Assembly (NCBI GenBank): GCA_023269085.1
Contig: JAHFML010000003.1
Coordinates: 52,863-116,862 of the forward strand
Length of the DNA stretch: 64,000 nt
Direction: 5' to 3'
Source: a bacterium
GTDB taxonomy: Bacteria; Patescibacteriota; Minisyncoccia; Phycocordibacterales; Phycocordibacteraceae
Below are positions 37,712 to 47,641 of this stretch, piece by piece. Made by a program: the position numbers and the translations under genes. Position 1 is the stretch's first letter; each line of letters begins with the position of its first letter. Under the pieces are notes generated by a model. That model saw nothing but the letters and a program-made list of their open reading frames with translations, was not told where the DNA came from and did not search any database.

Positions 37712-38347
37712 ATGAAATTCATCCTCGCCACCAAAGAGAACATGACCCGCGTCTTCGCGGAGGATGGTCGCGCCTATGCGGGCACTATCCTCTCGGTCGC
37801 GCCGATGACGGTCACGCAGGTGAAGACGGCTGAAGGGAAGGACGGCTACGCGGCGGTACAGGTGGGCACCGGCGAACGCAAGACGAAGAACATCAGCAAG
37901 GCGGTCTTGGGCCACACGGGTGGCAAGGGCTATGAGGCTATCCGCGAATTCCGCCTGCCTACCGGTCAGGCAGGTGATGGCGACGTAGCCGAGGTGGGCG
38001 CGACGCTCGATGCCTCAGTCTTCGCGAAGGGCGATATGGTCGAGGTCTCGGGTCTCACCAAGGGCAAGGGCTTTGCCGGCGTGGTGAAGCGCCACGGCTT
38101 CCACGGTGGCCCGCGCTCGCACGGTCAGAAGCACACCGAGCGCTCGCCGGGCTCTATCGGCGGCTCAGGCGGGCGCGCCGGTGGGCGCGTCGTGAAGGGG
38201 AAGAAGATGGCGGGCCGCATGGGTACCGATCGGGTGACGGTCGCCAATCTCAAGGTCCTCGCGGTCGACGCAAAAGCAGGGATGATAGTCATCTCGGGCG
38301 CCGTGCCGGGTCGTCGCGGCACACTCCTCGAAGTCGTGTCCGCATAA
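37712..38347 (+). CDS. rplC: 50S ribosomal protein L3
   Basis: MKFILATKENMTRVFAEDGRAYAGTILSVAP... Confidence 0.95.
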   Translation: MKFILATKENMTRVFAEDGRAYAGTILSVAPMTVTQVKTAEGKDGYAAVQVGTGERKTKNISKAVLGHTGGKGYEAIREFRLPTGQAGDGDVAEVGATLDASVFAKGDMVEVSGLTKGKGFAGVVKRHGFHGGPRSHGQKHTERSPGSIGGSGGRAGGRVVKGKKMAGRMGTDRVTVANLKVLAVDAKAGMIVISGAVPGRRGTLLEVVSA

Positions 38348-38357
38348 TTTCAATACT

Positions 38358-39080
38358 ATGACTACTGCAAAAGACATGAAAGAGATAAAGACGGTCGCGC
38401 CGACGACATTCGAACTCCCTGTCTATTCGATGGAAGGGAAGAAAGTCTCGACGGCCATACTCCCGGAAGCGATTTTCAATGCACCGTGGAAGACTGATCT
38501 CGTGCACCAGGTGACCACCGCGATGCAGGCCAACCTGCGCCAGAACCGCGCCCACACCAAGGACCGCGCCGAGGTCTCGGGCGGTGGCCGTAAGCCGTGG
38601 AAGCAGAAGGGCACCGGCCAAGCGCGCCATAGCTCGACCCGTTCGCCGATATGGCGTCACGGCGGCGTGACCTTCGGCCCGCGCAATGAGCGCGACTACA
38701 GCGAGAAGATCAACAAGAAGATGCGCATGGGCGCGCTCCTCTCGGTGCTCTCTCACAAGGCGAAGGACGGTGAAATTATCTTGGTTGACTCATTCGGCTT
38801 CACGGCACCGAAGACCGCACTCGCGAAGACGGCGCTCGGGAAGCTTGCTGTCGGTGCCGGTGCAGAAGCTTTGGTGACGAAGAAGAAGAACGCCGCGCTC
38901 CTCGCACTCGCCGCGTACGACGAGAACACGATCAAGAGCTTCGCCAACTTCGGCAATCTCACGACCGAGGAGGCGCGCAATCTGAACCCGCTCTCGATCA
39001 TGTCCTGCAAGTATCTCATTATCGAGAAGCCGGTTGAGACGTTTGCCGCTCTCGCGACGCGCCTCGGCAAAAATACATAA
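38358..39080 (+). CDS. rplD: 50S ribosomal protein L4
   Basis: L4 family; ...RAEVSGGGRKPWKQKGTGQARHSSTRSPIWRHGG. Confidence 0.95.
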   Translation: MTTAKDMKEIKTVAPTTFELPVYSMEGKKVSTAILPEAIFNAPWKTDLVHQVTTAMQANLRQNRAHTKDRAEVSGGGRKPWKQKGTGQARHSSTRSPIWRHGGVTFGPRNERDYSEKINKKMRMGALLSVLSHKAKDGEIILVDSFGFTAPKTALAKTALGKLAVGAGAEALVTKKKNAALLALAAYDENTIKSFANFGNLTTEEARNLNPLSIMSCKYLIIEKPVETFAALATRLGKNT

Positions 39081-39086
39081 TTATAT

Positions 39087-39452
39087 ATGGCAATCTTCGG
39101 CGACAAAAAGAAAGAAAAGAAGGAGGTTACGAGCGTGGTACGTCACGCGCACGCGGTCAACGCGACCCACGGGAGCGCGCACGACATCATCCGCGCGCCG
39201 TGGTTCTCTGAGAAGGCGCTCCTCGGCACCGACAAGGGCGTGTATGTCTTCGCCGTCGCCCCGCGCGCAACCTCGGCACAGGTCGCGGGCGCCATCCGCG
39301 AGATCTACAAGGTGACGCCGAAGTCGGTCCACCTCGCGAACTTGCCGGGCAAGAAGAAGGCGATGCGCTCGCGCCACGGCATGGGGCAACGCGCCGCACG
39401 GAGCAAGGCCTATGTCTATTTGAACGCGGGCGACAGCATCCAGTTTGCCTAA
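39087..39452 (+). CDS. rplW: 50S ribosomal protein L23
   Basis: HDIIRAPWFSEKALLGTDKGVYVFAVAPRATSAQVAGAIREIYKV. Confidence 0.93.
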   Translation: MAIFGDKKKEKKEVTSVVRHAHAVNATHGSAHDIIRAPWFSEKALLGTDKGVYVFAVAPRATSAQVAGAIREIYKVTPKSVHLANLPGKKKAMRSRHGMGQRAARSKAYVYLNAGDSIQFA

Positions 39453-39472
39453 AGCCTAGCGCCTAATTATCT

Positions 39473-40321
39473 ATGAAAACCTACAGCCCAACCACCAAGA
39501 GCCGCCGATCGATGACCACCTTGCCCTACAAGGAGCTCCTCTCGGGCGACGCGCCCTACAAGCCGCTTCTCGCCGCTAAGAAGCGTCAGGGCGGTCGCAA
39601 CGCCTTCGGCCGGATAACGACGCGTCATCAAGGTGGCGGGCACAAGCGCCGTTTGCGCGAGATCGACTTCTCCTTCAACAAGAAGAACATTCCCGCCAAG
39701 ATCGAGACGGTCGAGTATGATCCCTTCCGCTCGGCCTTCATCGGCCTCGCGCTCTATCGCGATGGCGAGCGTCGCTATGTCGTCCTGCCGAAGAGCGTCG
39801 GCGTCGGAGCGACTTTCGTCGTCGCCGAGGACGCGCCGCTCACGCCGGGCAACCGTCTTCCGATAGGGAAGATCCCGGTGGGCACCTCGATTTATAATAT
39901 TGAAATCGCTCCGGGCACAGGCGCCGCGCTCGTCCGTTCGGCGGGCACCTTCGCCGAGGTGGTCGCGCACGACGCGGGCTATGCGCAGATCAAGCTCCCC
40001 TCGACCGAGATCCGCCGCGTCTCGGATCTCGCATGGGCCAGCATCGGCGCGGTCGGCAACGAAGAGTACAATCTCGTCGTCATTGGCAAGGCCGGTCGCT
40101 CGCGTTGGCTCGGCATCCGCCCGACAGTGCGCGGCACCGCGATGAACCCGGTTGACCACCCGCACGGCGGCGGTGAAGGGCGTCAGGGCCGCGGGCTTCG
40201 TCGCGCCAAGACCAAGTGGGGTAAGCCGAGTGGCAAGGGCCAGAAGACGCGCACGCCGAAGAAATACTCAAACGTCTTCATCGTCTCGCGCCGCAAGGTC
40301 GGCAAGAAGCGCAAGGGCTAA
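39473..40321 (+). CDS. rplB: 50S ribosomal protein L2
   Basis: GRNAFGRITTRHQGGGHKRRLREIDF...VRGTAMNPVDHPHGGGEG. Confidence 0.97.
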   Translation: MKTYSPTTKSRRSMTTLPYKELLSGDAPYKPLLAAKKRQGGRNAFGRITTRHQGGGHKRRLREIDFSFNKKNIPAKIETVEYDPFRSAFIGLALYRDGERRYVVLPKSVGVGATFVVAEDAPLTPGNRLPIGKIPVGTSIYNIEIAPGTGAALVRSAGTFAEVVAHDAGYAQIKLPSTEIRRVSDLAWASIGAVGNEEYNLVVIGKAGRSRWLGIRPTVRGTAMNPVDHPHGGGEGRQGRGLRRAKTKWGKPSGKGQKTRTPKKYSNVFIVSRRKVGKKRKG

Positions 40322-40334
40322 TTTCACAAAAACA

Positions 40335-40370
40335 GAAAGCACGCGGCGCCTCCGGCGCCGCGTGCTTTCT
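40335..40370 (+). terminator. Rho-independent terminator after rplB (the cluster ends here; no rpsS follows)
   Basis: gaaagcacgcggcgcc tcc ggcgccgcgtgctttc. Confidence 0.75.
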
Positions 40371-40406
40371 CATCGCCTATCCCCACCCCACCCCTTTACC
40401 TCCCCC

Positions 40407-40419
40407 TCGGGGGGGGGGG
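40407..40419 (+). repeat. Homopolymeric G13 tract 40 nt upstream of the surface-protein gene
   Basis: cctcGGGGGGGGGGGGGtacgctacag; flanks closely resemble the G12 tract region of DGR-1 (cgtcG12tacgttcag). Confidence 0.95.
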
Positions 40420-40459
40420 GGTACGCTACAGGTATATCCACCGCGCATAACCCATACCC

Positions 40460-41374
40460 ATGAAAGAACTAACTCGTTCAACGCTCGTCGCCATCGTCGC
40501 CTCATCGCTCTCCCTCCTCGCCTTCTACGCGGTGAGCGCTGGCGCACAATCAGCCTGGACTCCAGCTCCAGCTAACGCTCCCTCAGGCAACGTGGCAGGC
40601 CCCCTCACCACGGGCGCAACCGGTCAGAGCAAAGCCGGTAACCTCATGCTCAACACCGACGGCACCCTCGCCAACGGCCTCATCGTCGCGAATGGGAATG
40701 TGGGTATTGGGACGGTGGCGCCATACTTGCCACTCGTCGTTTATAGTTCGTCAGCCAATGGTTCTGCTGTAGCGCTTGACAGACCGGCTGGCTTGGCTGG
40801 GATGTATCAGGTAAGAACAAACGGATCTCCTCGATGGGTTTTTGGTGCAGACCAAACAACAGAGAGTGGCTCGAATTCCGGATCAAACTTTCGAATTATC
40901 GGGTATAATGATGACGGTCTTGGATTAAATAACGCATTAACAATAAATAGATCCTCCGGCAACGTCGGTATTGGAACGACGAATCCGAACGTCTCGAAGG
41001 GGGCTGGCGGGTATGTCGACGCCAAAGACGTCTATCTCCGTGACGCCGGGAAGTGGGCGAGTGAGGTTGGTGGGAGTGGGAGTATCGTAGCAGGATGCGC
41101 AAAAAATAGGAGAGCAGTTGATTTTTGCGGAAGAGTTAACAACAACCCAGCAGGACTAATCGCTGATGTTTGTTGGGGAGGCGCATCATTTACTACTATT
41201 GAAATAGGCACCCTCGGAGCGGATTGGGGAGCGAGTACCGTTTATACGACAAAGACATTTTCTTGCCCGAGCGGATCCACTGTTCGACTCGTTGGGACTA
41301 TGGGCGAAGGCTGTGGGAGTAACTCATATTCGTCGTCTAGCGTATCACTGGATACCTTTTTCTGTATCAAATAA
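40460..41374 (+). CDS. Secreted Gly/Asn-rich repeat protein (fibre/surface-protein-like)
   Basis: Signal peptide (LVAIVASSLSLLAFYAVSAGAQS); repeated NGNVGIGT / SGNVGIGTTNP motifs; C-terminal Cys-rich region. Confidence 0.6.
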   Translation: MKELTRSTLVAIVASSLSLLAFYAVSAGAQSAWTPAPANAPSGNVAGPLTTGATGQSKAGNLMLNTDGTLANGLIVANGNVGIGTVAPYLPLVVYSSSANGSAVALDRPAGLAGMYQVRTNGSPRWVFGADQTTESGSNSGSNFRIIGYNDDGLGLNNALTINRSSGNVGIGTTNPNVSKGAGGYVDAKDVYLRDAGKWASEVGGSGSIVAGCAKNRRAVDFCGRVNNNPAGLIADVCWGGASFTTIEIGTLGADWGASTVYTTKTFSCPSGSTVRLVGTMGEGCGSNSYSSSSVSLDTFFCIK

Positions 41375-41520
41375 CCTGCTCGATACTCGCGAAAAGCGCG
41401 TGCCGCATTTGTTCATTTCAACCCATCAAGATGTTCTCCGCACGTTCTCTCACAATGAGAAAATTGTTTTGCACACCTTGGTGCTGAAGGTTTGAGTGGG
41501 CATAGCGTATACTAAATCAA

Positions 41521-42267
41521 ATGGCCTCGCTCTCTTCGATACCAACATCATTCGTTCCGCATCAGGCGGCGGTTGAGCGCCGTCAATTCAGCAGCGACTT
41601 CTCAAGCGCGTTCTCCTTCTTCGCCTACCTCGTGCTCCTCATCGTCTTCGCGCTCGCTCTCGGCGTATTCTTTTACGGCCGCATCTTATCCTCGACACAA
41701 GCGTCCAGGGAGGCTGAACTTACCAAAGCCGAAGCGGCTATCGACCAGGCGACCGTGGACGATTTCGTGCACTTGCGCGATCGCCTCAATTCCTCGCAGT
41801 CTTTATTGGGGAAGCATGTCGCGTTATCGAACGTGTTCTCGACGCTTCAGACCATCCTTCCTTCAAGCGTGCGCCTCTCGTCTCTGCACATAGCGCTCGA
41901 TGATACTGGTGCAGTCAAGATAGAGGGGAGCGGTTTCGCGAAGAGCTTCAATTCACTCGCCTTCGCATCGGAAGTGTTCTCTGCGGACAGCAGTATCAAA
42001 GAGGTCATATTCTCCAGGATAGGCGTCACAAAAGATTCGACGATCGCGTTCAATCTCGCGGCGTCTATCGACCCAAAGCTGATTGCTTATTCGCCGAGCA
42101 CGAGCGTGCCGGATCTCTCTGGCATGTCGAGCGTTCCGAGCATGCCGGCGTTGTCACTGCCAACCGTAGCGACTTCGAGCATTATGGCGACATCAAGCGC
42201 TCCCGCCAAGGTCGCGTCATCGTCTAAGCCGACAAGCAAGCCGGCCGCTAAGTCTCGCGTACCATGA
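41521..42267 (+). CDS. PilN-like type IV pilus assembly protein
   Basis: Single N-terminal TM then periplasmic domain; Ser/Pro-rich C-terminal tail. Confidence 0.45.
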   Translation: MASLSSIPTSFVPHQAAVERRQFSSDFSSAFSFFAYLVLLIVFALALGVFFYGRILSSTQASREAELTKAEAAIDQATVDDFVHLRDRLNSSQSLLGKHVALSNVFSTLQTILPSSVRLSSLHIALDDTGAVKIEGSGFAKSFNSLAFASEVFSADSSIKEVIFSRIGVTKDSTIAFNLAASIDPKLIAYSPSTSVPDLSGMSSVPSMPALSLPTVATSSIMATSSAPAKVASSSKPTSKPAAKSRVP

Positions 42268-42818
42268 ACAACCGCATTCTCCCCAGTCTCGCGCTCCTTA
42301 TCGCCATCGGCATCTTCTTCGCCTATGTGAATCCGACGTGGACAGGGTCCATCGCTACTGCCCGGGCGGCAATCGCGGTCGATGATGCGTCGCTCGTTAC
42401 GGCTAGGCACTATGTCACAGAGCAGAACGAGCTTGCCGCCGAGCGTGATGCTATCGATCCGAAAGATCTCTCTGCGCTCACGGCCTTCCTCCCCGATTCG
42501 GTCAATAACGTCGGTCTCATTCTCGATCTGAATACGCTCGCCGCACGAACCGGGTTCTCGATTACGGCCATAGACGTGACGGGGAATACCGACAAGAAGA
42601 CAAGTGTATCCTCAACGCCGTCCGGCTCGCCGAACGAGCTCGTCGGTACGGTAGACTTGGCGCTATCGGCGCAAGGGACATTCTCGTCTCTAAAATCATT
42701 TTTGGCCGGTATCGAGAGGAGCGGACGACTGCTTGATGTGCAGGACATGGTCGTGCGTGACTCCGAGACAGGCGTGTATACCTATCAGATGCGTATCCGC
42801 CTCTATTGGCTCCGTTAA
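42264..42818 (+). CDS. PilO-like type IV pilus assembly protein
   Basis: N-terminal TM, coiled-coil segment, C-terminal PilO-like domain; 4-nt overlap with upstream gene. Confidence 0.5.
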   Translation: MNNRILPSLALLIAIGIFFAYVNPTWTGSIATARAAIAVDDASLVTARHYVTEQNELAAERDAIDPKDLSALTAFLPDSVNNVGLILDLNTLAARTGFSITAIDVTGNTDKKTSVSSTPSGSPNELVGTVDLALSAQGTFSSLKSFLAGIERSGRLLDVQDMVVRDSETGVYTYQMRIRLYWLR

Positions 42819-42830
42819 TCATTTGAGAAC

Positions 42831-43112
42831 ATGAAATCAAATCCTGTACCCTTCATCATCGCAACAGTCCTTGTCGGTATCGGCGCGTACTGGTTTTTCT
42901 TCGTCAATGGCACGGAACAACCGTCATTGACGATGAATTCGACGCAGAATGGTGCCCAAGCCAAGTTCCAGGCGCTCGCGAGCCAATTGCAGTCGATTTC
43001 GTTCGATACGCGCATATTTTCCGATCCGAATTTCGTATCGCTCGTCAGTCTCACCACATCGATAACACCAGAAACGAAGGGCACCATCGATCCGTTCGGC
43101 CCTATCCGCTAG
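42831..43112 (+). CDS. Small membrane protein (PilP-like?) in pilus operon
   Basis: N-terminal TM; position between pilO-like and pilB. Confidence 0.35.
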   Translation: MKSNPVPFIIATVLVGIGAYWFFFVNGTEQPSLTMNSTQNGAQAKFQALASQLQSISFDTRIFSDPNFVSLVSLTTSITPETKGTIDPFGPIR

Positions 43113-43136
43113 CCGTATGCGGCACCCTGCTTCAGA

Positions 43137-44930
43137 ATGAATCTTCTCGAACTTCTCGTCGACAAGAACATGATCTCCGCGCAGGATCGCGTGGAGATTG
43201 AGAAGGCGCTCGGCGAGAAGCAGTCGCTCGCCGAAGCGTTCACGGCGCATAATTTGTCTTTGGCCGATACACTTTCTGCAGTCAGCTCGCTCTACGGCAT
43301 TCCATCAAGGCTTCTCGGTGATCCACCGGCAAATGAAGAAGTTTTCTCTTATATCCCGATTGATTCGGCGCGGCACTATGGTTTCGTCCCGCTCGACGAG
43401 GTTGACGGCGCGCTTGAGGTCGGCATCATCGATCCTGATAATATCGAAGCGCTCGACGCGCTCCAGTTCATCTCGGGCAAGATAGGGATTCCGTATAAGA
43501 TATTCCTCATCACCCGAGAAGATTTCGATAGAGTGCTCGAAGCGTATGCGAATCTCTCGGGTGAAGTGGGGAAGGCGCTTTCTGAATACGAGACGACCAA
43601 GAAGACTCCGCTATCGGGCGCATCGGTCGCCGCCGCGGGAGGTGAAGAAGAGGCTCTCGGTATCGAGGAGTTGAATCTCTCGGGCAAGAGTGAAGCGCTG
43701 AAGGAGGACGCGCCGGTGACGAAGATCGTGTCGACTATCCTGCGCTACGCGATCGAAGGTCACTCGTCCGACATCCATATCGAGCCGTCGCCGACAAAGA
43801 CGCGGGTCCGCTTCCGCATGGACGGGAATCTGCATACCTCGCTCGAATTGCCGAGCAAGGTGCACGAAGCGGTCGTCGCGCGTGTGAAGATCCTGGCGAA
43901 GCTCCGTCTTGACGAGAAGCGCAAGCCGCAGGACGGGCGCTTCTCGGCGAATGTGGATCGGCGGCGCATCGACTTTCGCGTGTCGACATTCCCGACCGAG
44001 TTCGGCGAGAAGGTCGTGATGCGTATTCTCGACCAGTCGGACGCGACGGCGACGCTCGAGACGCTCGGGTTTTCTGCGAATGACCTCGTCAGCGTTCGGA
44101 ACATGATGAAATCTCCCTACGGGATCATCCTTATCGCCGGACCGACCGGAAGCGGTAAGTCGACGACACTCTTCGCCATGCTCTCCGAGCTCGATCGCGA
44201 GACGAACAATGTCGTCTCGCTCGAAGACCCAGTCGAATACCAGATTGCCGGCGTTGCGCAGAGCCAGGTGCGGCCCGAGATCGGCTACACCTTCGCGACC
44301 GGGCTCCGCTCCATCCTGCGTCAGGACCCGGACATCATCATGGTCGGCGAGATCCGCGATAAGGAGACGGCGGTGCTCGCTGTCCAAGCCGCGCTCACCG
44401 GTCACCTCGTCTTCACGACGGTGCACACCAACACCGCTTCGGGAGCGATACCGCGCCTTATCGACATGGGCGTTGACCCGTTCCTCATCGCGCCGACGCT
44501 GATCGCGGTCGTCGGCCAGCGTCTCGTACGCAAGCTCTGCAGTGAGGGAGGGAAATCGTTCCCGGTGAGCGACAGCCTCAAGCAGTATCTAGATCGCGAT
44601 TTCGCCGATCTGCCAGAGGAGTACCGCGCTAAACTACCTCCATTCGAACAGTTCTATCACGCCACGCCGACGCCAGCCTGTTCTGACGGTACGCGCGGCC
44701 GGCTCGGCATCTTCGAGATACTGCGCATGAACAAAGAGCTCGAAAGCATCGTCTTGACCTCGCCTGTCGAGGAGAAGATTTATGAAGTAGCGCGCGAGGG
44801 CGGTATGCTGACCATGCGCGAAGACGCGCTTATTAAAGCGAGTGTCGGGGATATACCATTTGAAGACGTGAATTCGCTCGGCGGCGAGCTATTCCCAGAA
44901 GAAGAGGAGACGGTGCCCAAGCCGGGATAG
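43137..44930 (+). CDS. pilB: Type IV pilus assembly ATPase PilB (GspE family)
   Basis: N-terminal GspE_N domain; Walker A GPTGSGKSTT; Asp/His boxes. Confidence 0.92.
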   Translation: MNLLELLVDKNMISAQDRVEIEKALGEKQSLAEAFTAHNLSLADTLSAVSSLYGIPSRLLGDPPANEEVFSYIPIDSARHYGFVPLDEVDGALEVGIIDPDNIEALDALQFISGKIGIPYKIFLITREDFDRVLEAYANLSGEVGKALSEYETTKKTPLSGASVAAAGGEEEALGIEELNLSGKSEALKEDAPVTKIVSTILRYAIEGHSSDIHIEPSPTKTRVRFRMDGNLHTSLELPSKVHEAVVARVKILAKLRLDEKRKPQDGRFSANVDRRRIDFRVSTFPTEFGEKVVMRILDQSDATATLETLGFSANDLVSVRNMMKSPYGIILIAGPTGSGKSTTLFAMLSELDRETNNVVSLEDPVEYQIAGVAQSQVRPEIGYTFATGLRSILRQDPDIIMVGEIRDKETAVLAVQAALTGHLVFTTVHTNTASGAIPRLIDMGVDPFLIAPTLIAVVGQRLVRKLCSEGGKSFPVSDSLKQYLDRDFADLPEEYRAKLPPFEQFYHATPTPACSDGTRGRLGIFEILRMNKELESIVLTSPVEEKIYEVAREGGMLTMREDALIKASVGDIPFEDVNSLGGELFPEEEETVPKPG

Positions 44931-44949
44931 TCTGTAGTATACTGTAGAC

Positions 44950-45348
44950 ATGGCCTATCATATTTATCTTATCGATGATGATCGATTCCTGCTCGATCTC
45001 TATGCGCTCAAGTTCAAGAATGCCGGTCATGAAGTGAGCACGTTCAATGGCGGGGAAGAGTTGCTTGCCGCTCTGCGAGAAGAAGGTGCAAAAATGCCCG
45101 ATGCACTCTTGATTGACGTCATCATGCCGAATCTTACCGGTTTCGATACGATCGAGATGCTACGTAAGGAGCAGCTTGCGAAAGAGGCGAAGGTCATCTT
45201 CCTCTCTAATCAAGGACAGGACTCAGACTTCGAGAAGGCGAAGAAGCTCGGCGCCGATGGGTACATCATCAAGGCTTCGGCAATCCCGTCTGAAGTGCTC
45301 GCCGAGACCGTGCGGATAATCGAAGCCGCCGCGCCGGTGGTCGCATAA
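44950..45348 (+). CDS. Single-domain response regulator (REC)
   Basis: YLIDDD...phospho-acceptor D in LLIDVIMP...K in YIIKA. Confidence 0.85.
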   Translation: MAYHIYLIDDDRFLLDLYALKFKNAGHEVSTFNGGEELLAALREEGAKMPDALLIDVIMPNLTGFDTIEMLRKEQLAKEAKVIFLSNQGQDSDFEKAKKLGADGYIIKASAIPSEVLAETVRIIEAAAPVVA

Positions 45349-45352
45349 TCCT

Positions 45353-46414
45353 ATGATCGCCGACAAACGCCTCGAAGAACTGCTCGATCTCACTGTGAGC
45401 CAAGGCGGGTCCGACCTCCACCTATTCGCGGGAGGGTCGCCCGTCATGCGCATCTCGGGCGAGCTCGTGACACTTACGAAGTATGCGCCTTTCACTCCCG
45501 ACGAGACGAATGCCGTGCTGAAGAGCATCACCCCTCCCGAGCGATGGGCTATCTTTGAAGAGCGGCAGGCTATCGACCTCTCGTATTCGCACAAGGCCGA
45601 CGCGCGCTTCCGCGTCAACGGCTACCGCGTCCAAGGGACGACCGCGCTCGCGCTCCGGCTCATCCCGCGCACGATCCACTCGTTCTCCGAGTTGAATCTG
45701 CCGCCGATCCTCGAAGTCTTCACTCAGCATAAACAGGGCTTCTTCATCGTTGTGGGGCCGGTCGGGCAGGGCAAATCGACTACGCTTGCGACGATGCTGA
45801 ACCGCATCAACGAGTCGCGTGCCGAGCATATCCTCACCATCGAGGATCCGGTCGAATACATCTTCACGCCGAAGCTCTCGCTCATCCATCAACGTGAAGT
45901 CTTTATCGACGCTCCCGATTTCAAGACAGCGCTCCAGGGCTCCTTCCGCGAGGACGTCGACGTGATCATGGTCGGCGAGATGCGCGATTATGAGACGATC
46001 TCCTCGGCGGTGACCGCCGCCGAGACCGGCCACCTCGTCTTCTCGACTCTGCACACCAACTCCGCCGCGCAGACGATCGATCGCATCATCGACATGTTCC
46101 CGGCTGAACAGCAGAGCCAGGTGCGCGTCCAGCTCGCCGGGAGCCTCACGGGTATCTTCTCGCAGAGGCTCGTCCCGCGCATCTCGGGCGGCCTCATCCC
46201 CGCCTACGAGCTTCTCATCAACAATAACGCGGTGAGTACCCTCATTCGCGATGCGCGCACGCACGAGATCAATGCCGTGATCCAGACCTCGTCGCAGGAG
46301 GGCATGATCGACCTCGACCGGTCGCTCGCCGAGCTCGTTCAGCGCGGAGAAGTAACCGTCGAGCACGCCTACGAGCACGCGCTCGACCCCAAGACCTTTG
46401 AGACGTATCTATAA
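45353..46414 (+). CDS. pilT: Twitching-motility retraction ATPase PilT
   Basis: GSDLHL, Walker A GPVGQGKSTT, PilT-type motifs. Confidence 0.9.
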   Translation: MIADKRLEELLDLTVSQGGSDLHLFAGGSPVMRISGELVTLTKYAPFTPDETNAVLKSITPPERWAIFEERQAIDLSYSHKADARFRVNGYRVQGTTALALRLIPRTIHSFSELNLPPILEVFTQHKQGFFIVVGPVGQGKSTTLATMLNRINESRAEHILTIEDPVEYIFTPKLSLIHQREVFIDAPDFKTALQGSFREDVDVIMVGEMRDYETISSAVTAAETGHLVFSTLHTNSAAQTIDRIIDMFPAEQQSQVRVQLAGSLTGIFSQRLVPRISGGLIPAYELLINNNAVSTLIRDARTHEINAVIQTSSQEGMIDLDRSLAELVQRGEVTVEHAYEHALDPKTFETYL

Positions 46415-46435
46415 TCCAGACCTCACCCTTGCACC

Positions 46436-47641
46436 ATGCTCTTTACCTACCACGCGATTGATTCTGACGGCCACGAGCGGGACGGGACCATCGAAGCGTT
46501 GTCGCAGGACATCGCCATCTCGGCACTCCAGCGCCGCAATCTCGTCATCTCCTCTATCAAGTCGGGCGAGAAGAGTTCCGTATTCGAATTCAAATTCTCT
46601 TTTTCTCATGGCGTTTCCAACAAAGAGGTCGTCATCCTCTCGCGCCAGATCGCTACGCTCTTCAGCGCGCAGGTCTCGGCGCTCCGTGTGTTCCGCCTCC
46701 TCTCCTCAGAAGTCGATAACAAGAATCTGGCGGATATACTCGGTACCGTCGCCGATGAGCTCCAGGGCGGGAGCCCTATAAGCAAAGCGCTCGCGCACCA
46801 TCCGGAGGTCTTCTCTGTCTTCTATGTGAACATGGTGCGAGCGGGAGAGGAGTCGGGCCGCCTGCCCGAGACCTTTGAATACCTCGCCGACTATCTCGAT
46901 CGCTCTTACGACATTGTGAGCAAGGCGGAGAACGCGCTCATCTATCCGGTATTCGTTATCGCTATTTTCTTCATCGTCATGTGGCTCATGCTTACGCTCG
47001 TCATACCGAAGATCAGCGCGGTGCTGGTCGACTCGGGGCAGGCGGTTCCCTTCTATACGGCGGTCATCATCGGCCTGTCGAACTTCCTCGTCCACTACGG
47101 CATCTTCATCATCGTGGCGCTCGTCATCGCCGGCTTCTATGTGTGGCAGATCGGCAAGACGAAGCAGGGTAAGCTCGTTCTCGACGGCCTGAAGCTCATG
47201 GTCCCGTATGTCGGCAATCTCTACAGCAAGCTCTATCTCGCCCGCATCGCGGACAACTTCGCGACGATGCTCCTCTCAGGCGTCTCGGTGGTCGAGGCTA
47301 TCGATATCACCTCGTCGGTTGTCGGCAATGTCGCCTACGAGGCGGTGCTCTCGCAGGTCGCGCTCGACGTGAAGGGCGGTTCGTCGATATCCGACGCACT
47401 TGCGAAACATCAGGAGATGCCGGGCATCATGGTCGCGATGACCAAGGTCGGCGAAGAGACCGGCGAGCTCGGCAAGATCCTCACGATGCTTGCCAAGTTC
47501 TACAACCGCGAAGTGACGAACGCCGTCGACACGCTCGTCGGCCTCATCGAGCCTATTATGATCGTCGCGCTCGGCCTCGGCGTCGGCATCCTGCTCGCGG
47601 CCGTCCTCATGCCGATCTACAACCTCGCGGGGGCGTTCTAA
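46436..47641 (+). CDS. pilC: Type IV pilus platform protein PilC (GspF family)
   Basis: Two GspF repeats, 3 TM segments. Confidence 0.9.
   Translation: MLFTYHAIDSDGHERDGTIEALSQDIAISALQRRNLVISSIKSGEKSSVFEFKFSFSHGVSNKEVVILSRQIATLFSAQVSALRVFRLLSSEVDNKNLADILGTVADELQGGSPISKALAHHPEVFSVFYVNMVRAGEESGRLPETFEYLADYLDRSYDIVSKAENALIYPVFVIAIFFIVMWLMLTLVIPKISAVLVDSGQAVPFYTAVIIGLSNFLVHYGIFIIVALVIAGFYVWQIGKTKQGKLVLDGLKLMVPYVGNLYSKLYLARIADNFATMLLSGVSVVEAIDITSSVVGNVAYEAVLSQVALDVKGGSSISDALAKHQEMPGIMVAMTKVGEETGELGKILTMLAKFYNREVTNAVDTLVGLIEPIMIVALGLGVGILLAAVLMPIYNLAGAF

Noticed and set aside
40460-41374. Gly/Asn-repeat surface protein as a third DGR target
   Set aside because: Its C-terminus shows no similarity to TR-1 or TR-2; only the upstream poly-G flank resembles the DGR intergenic region.
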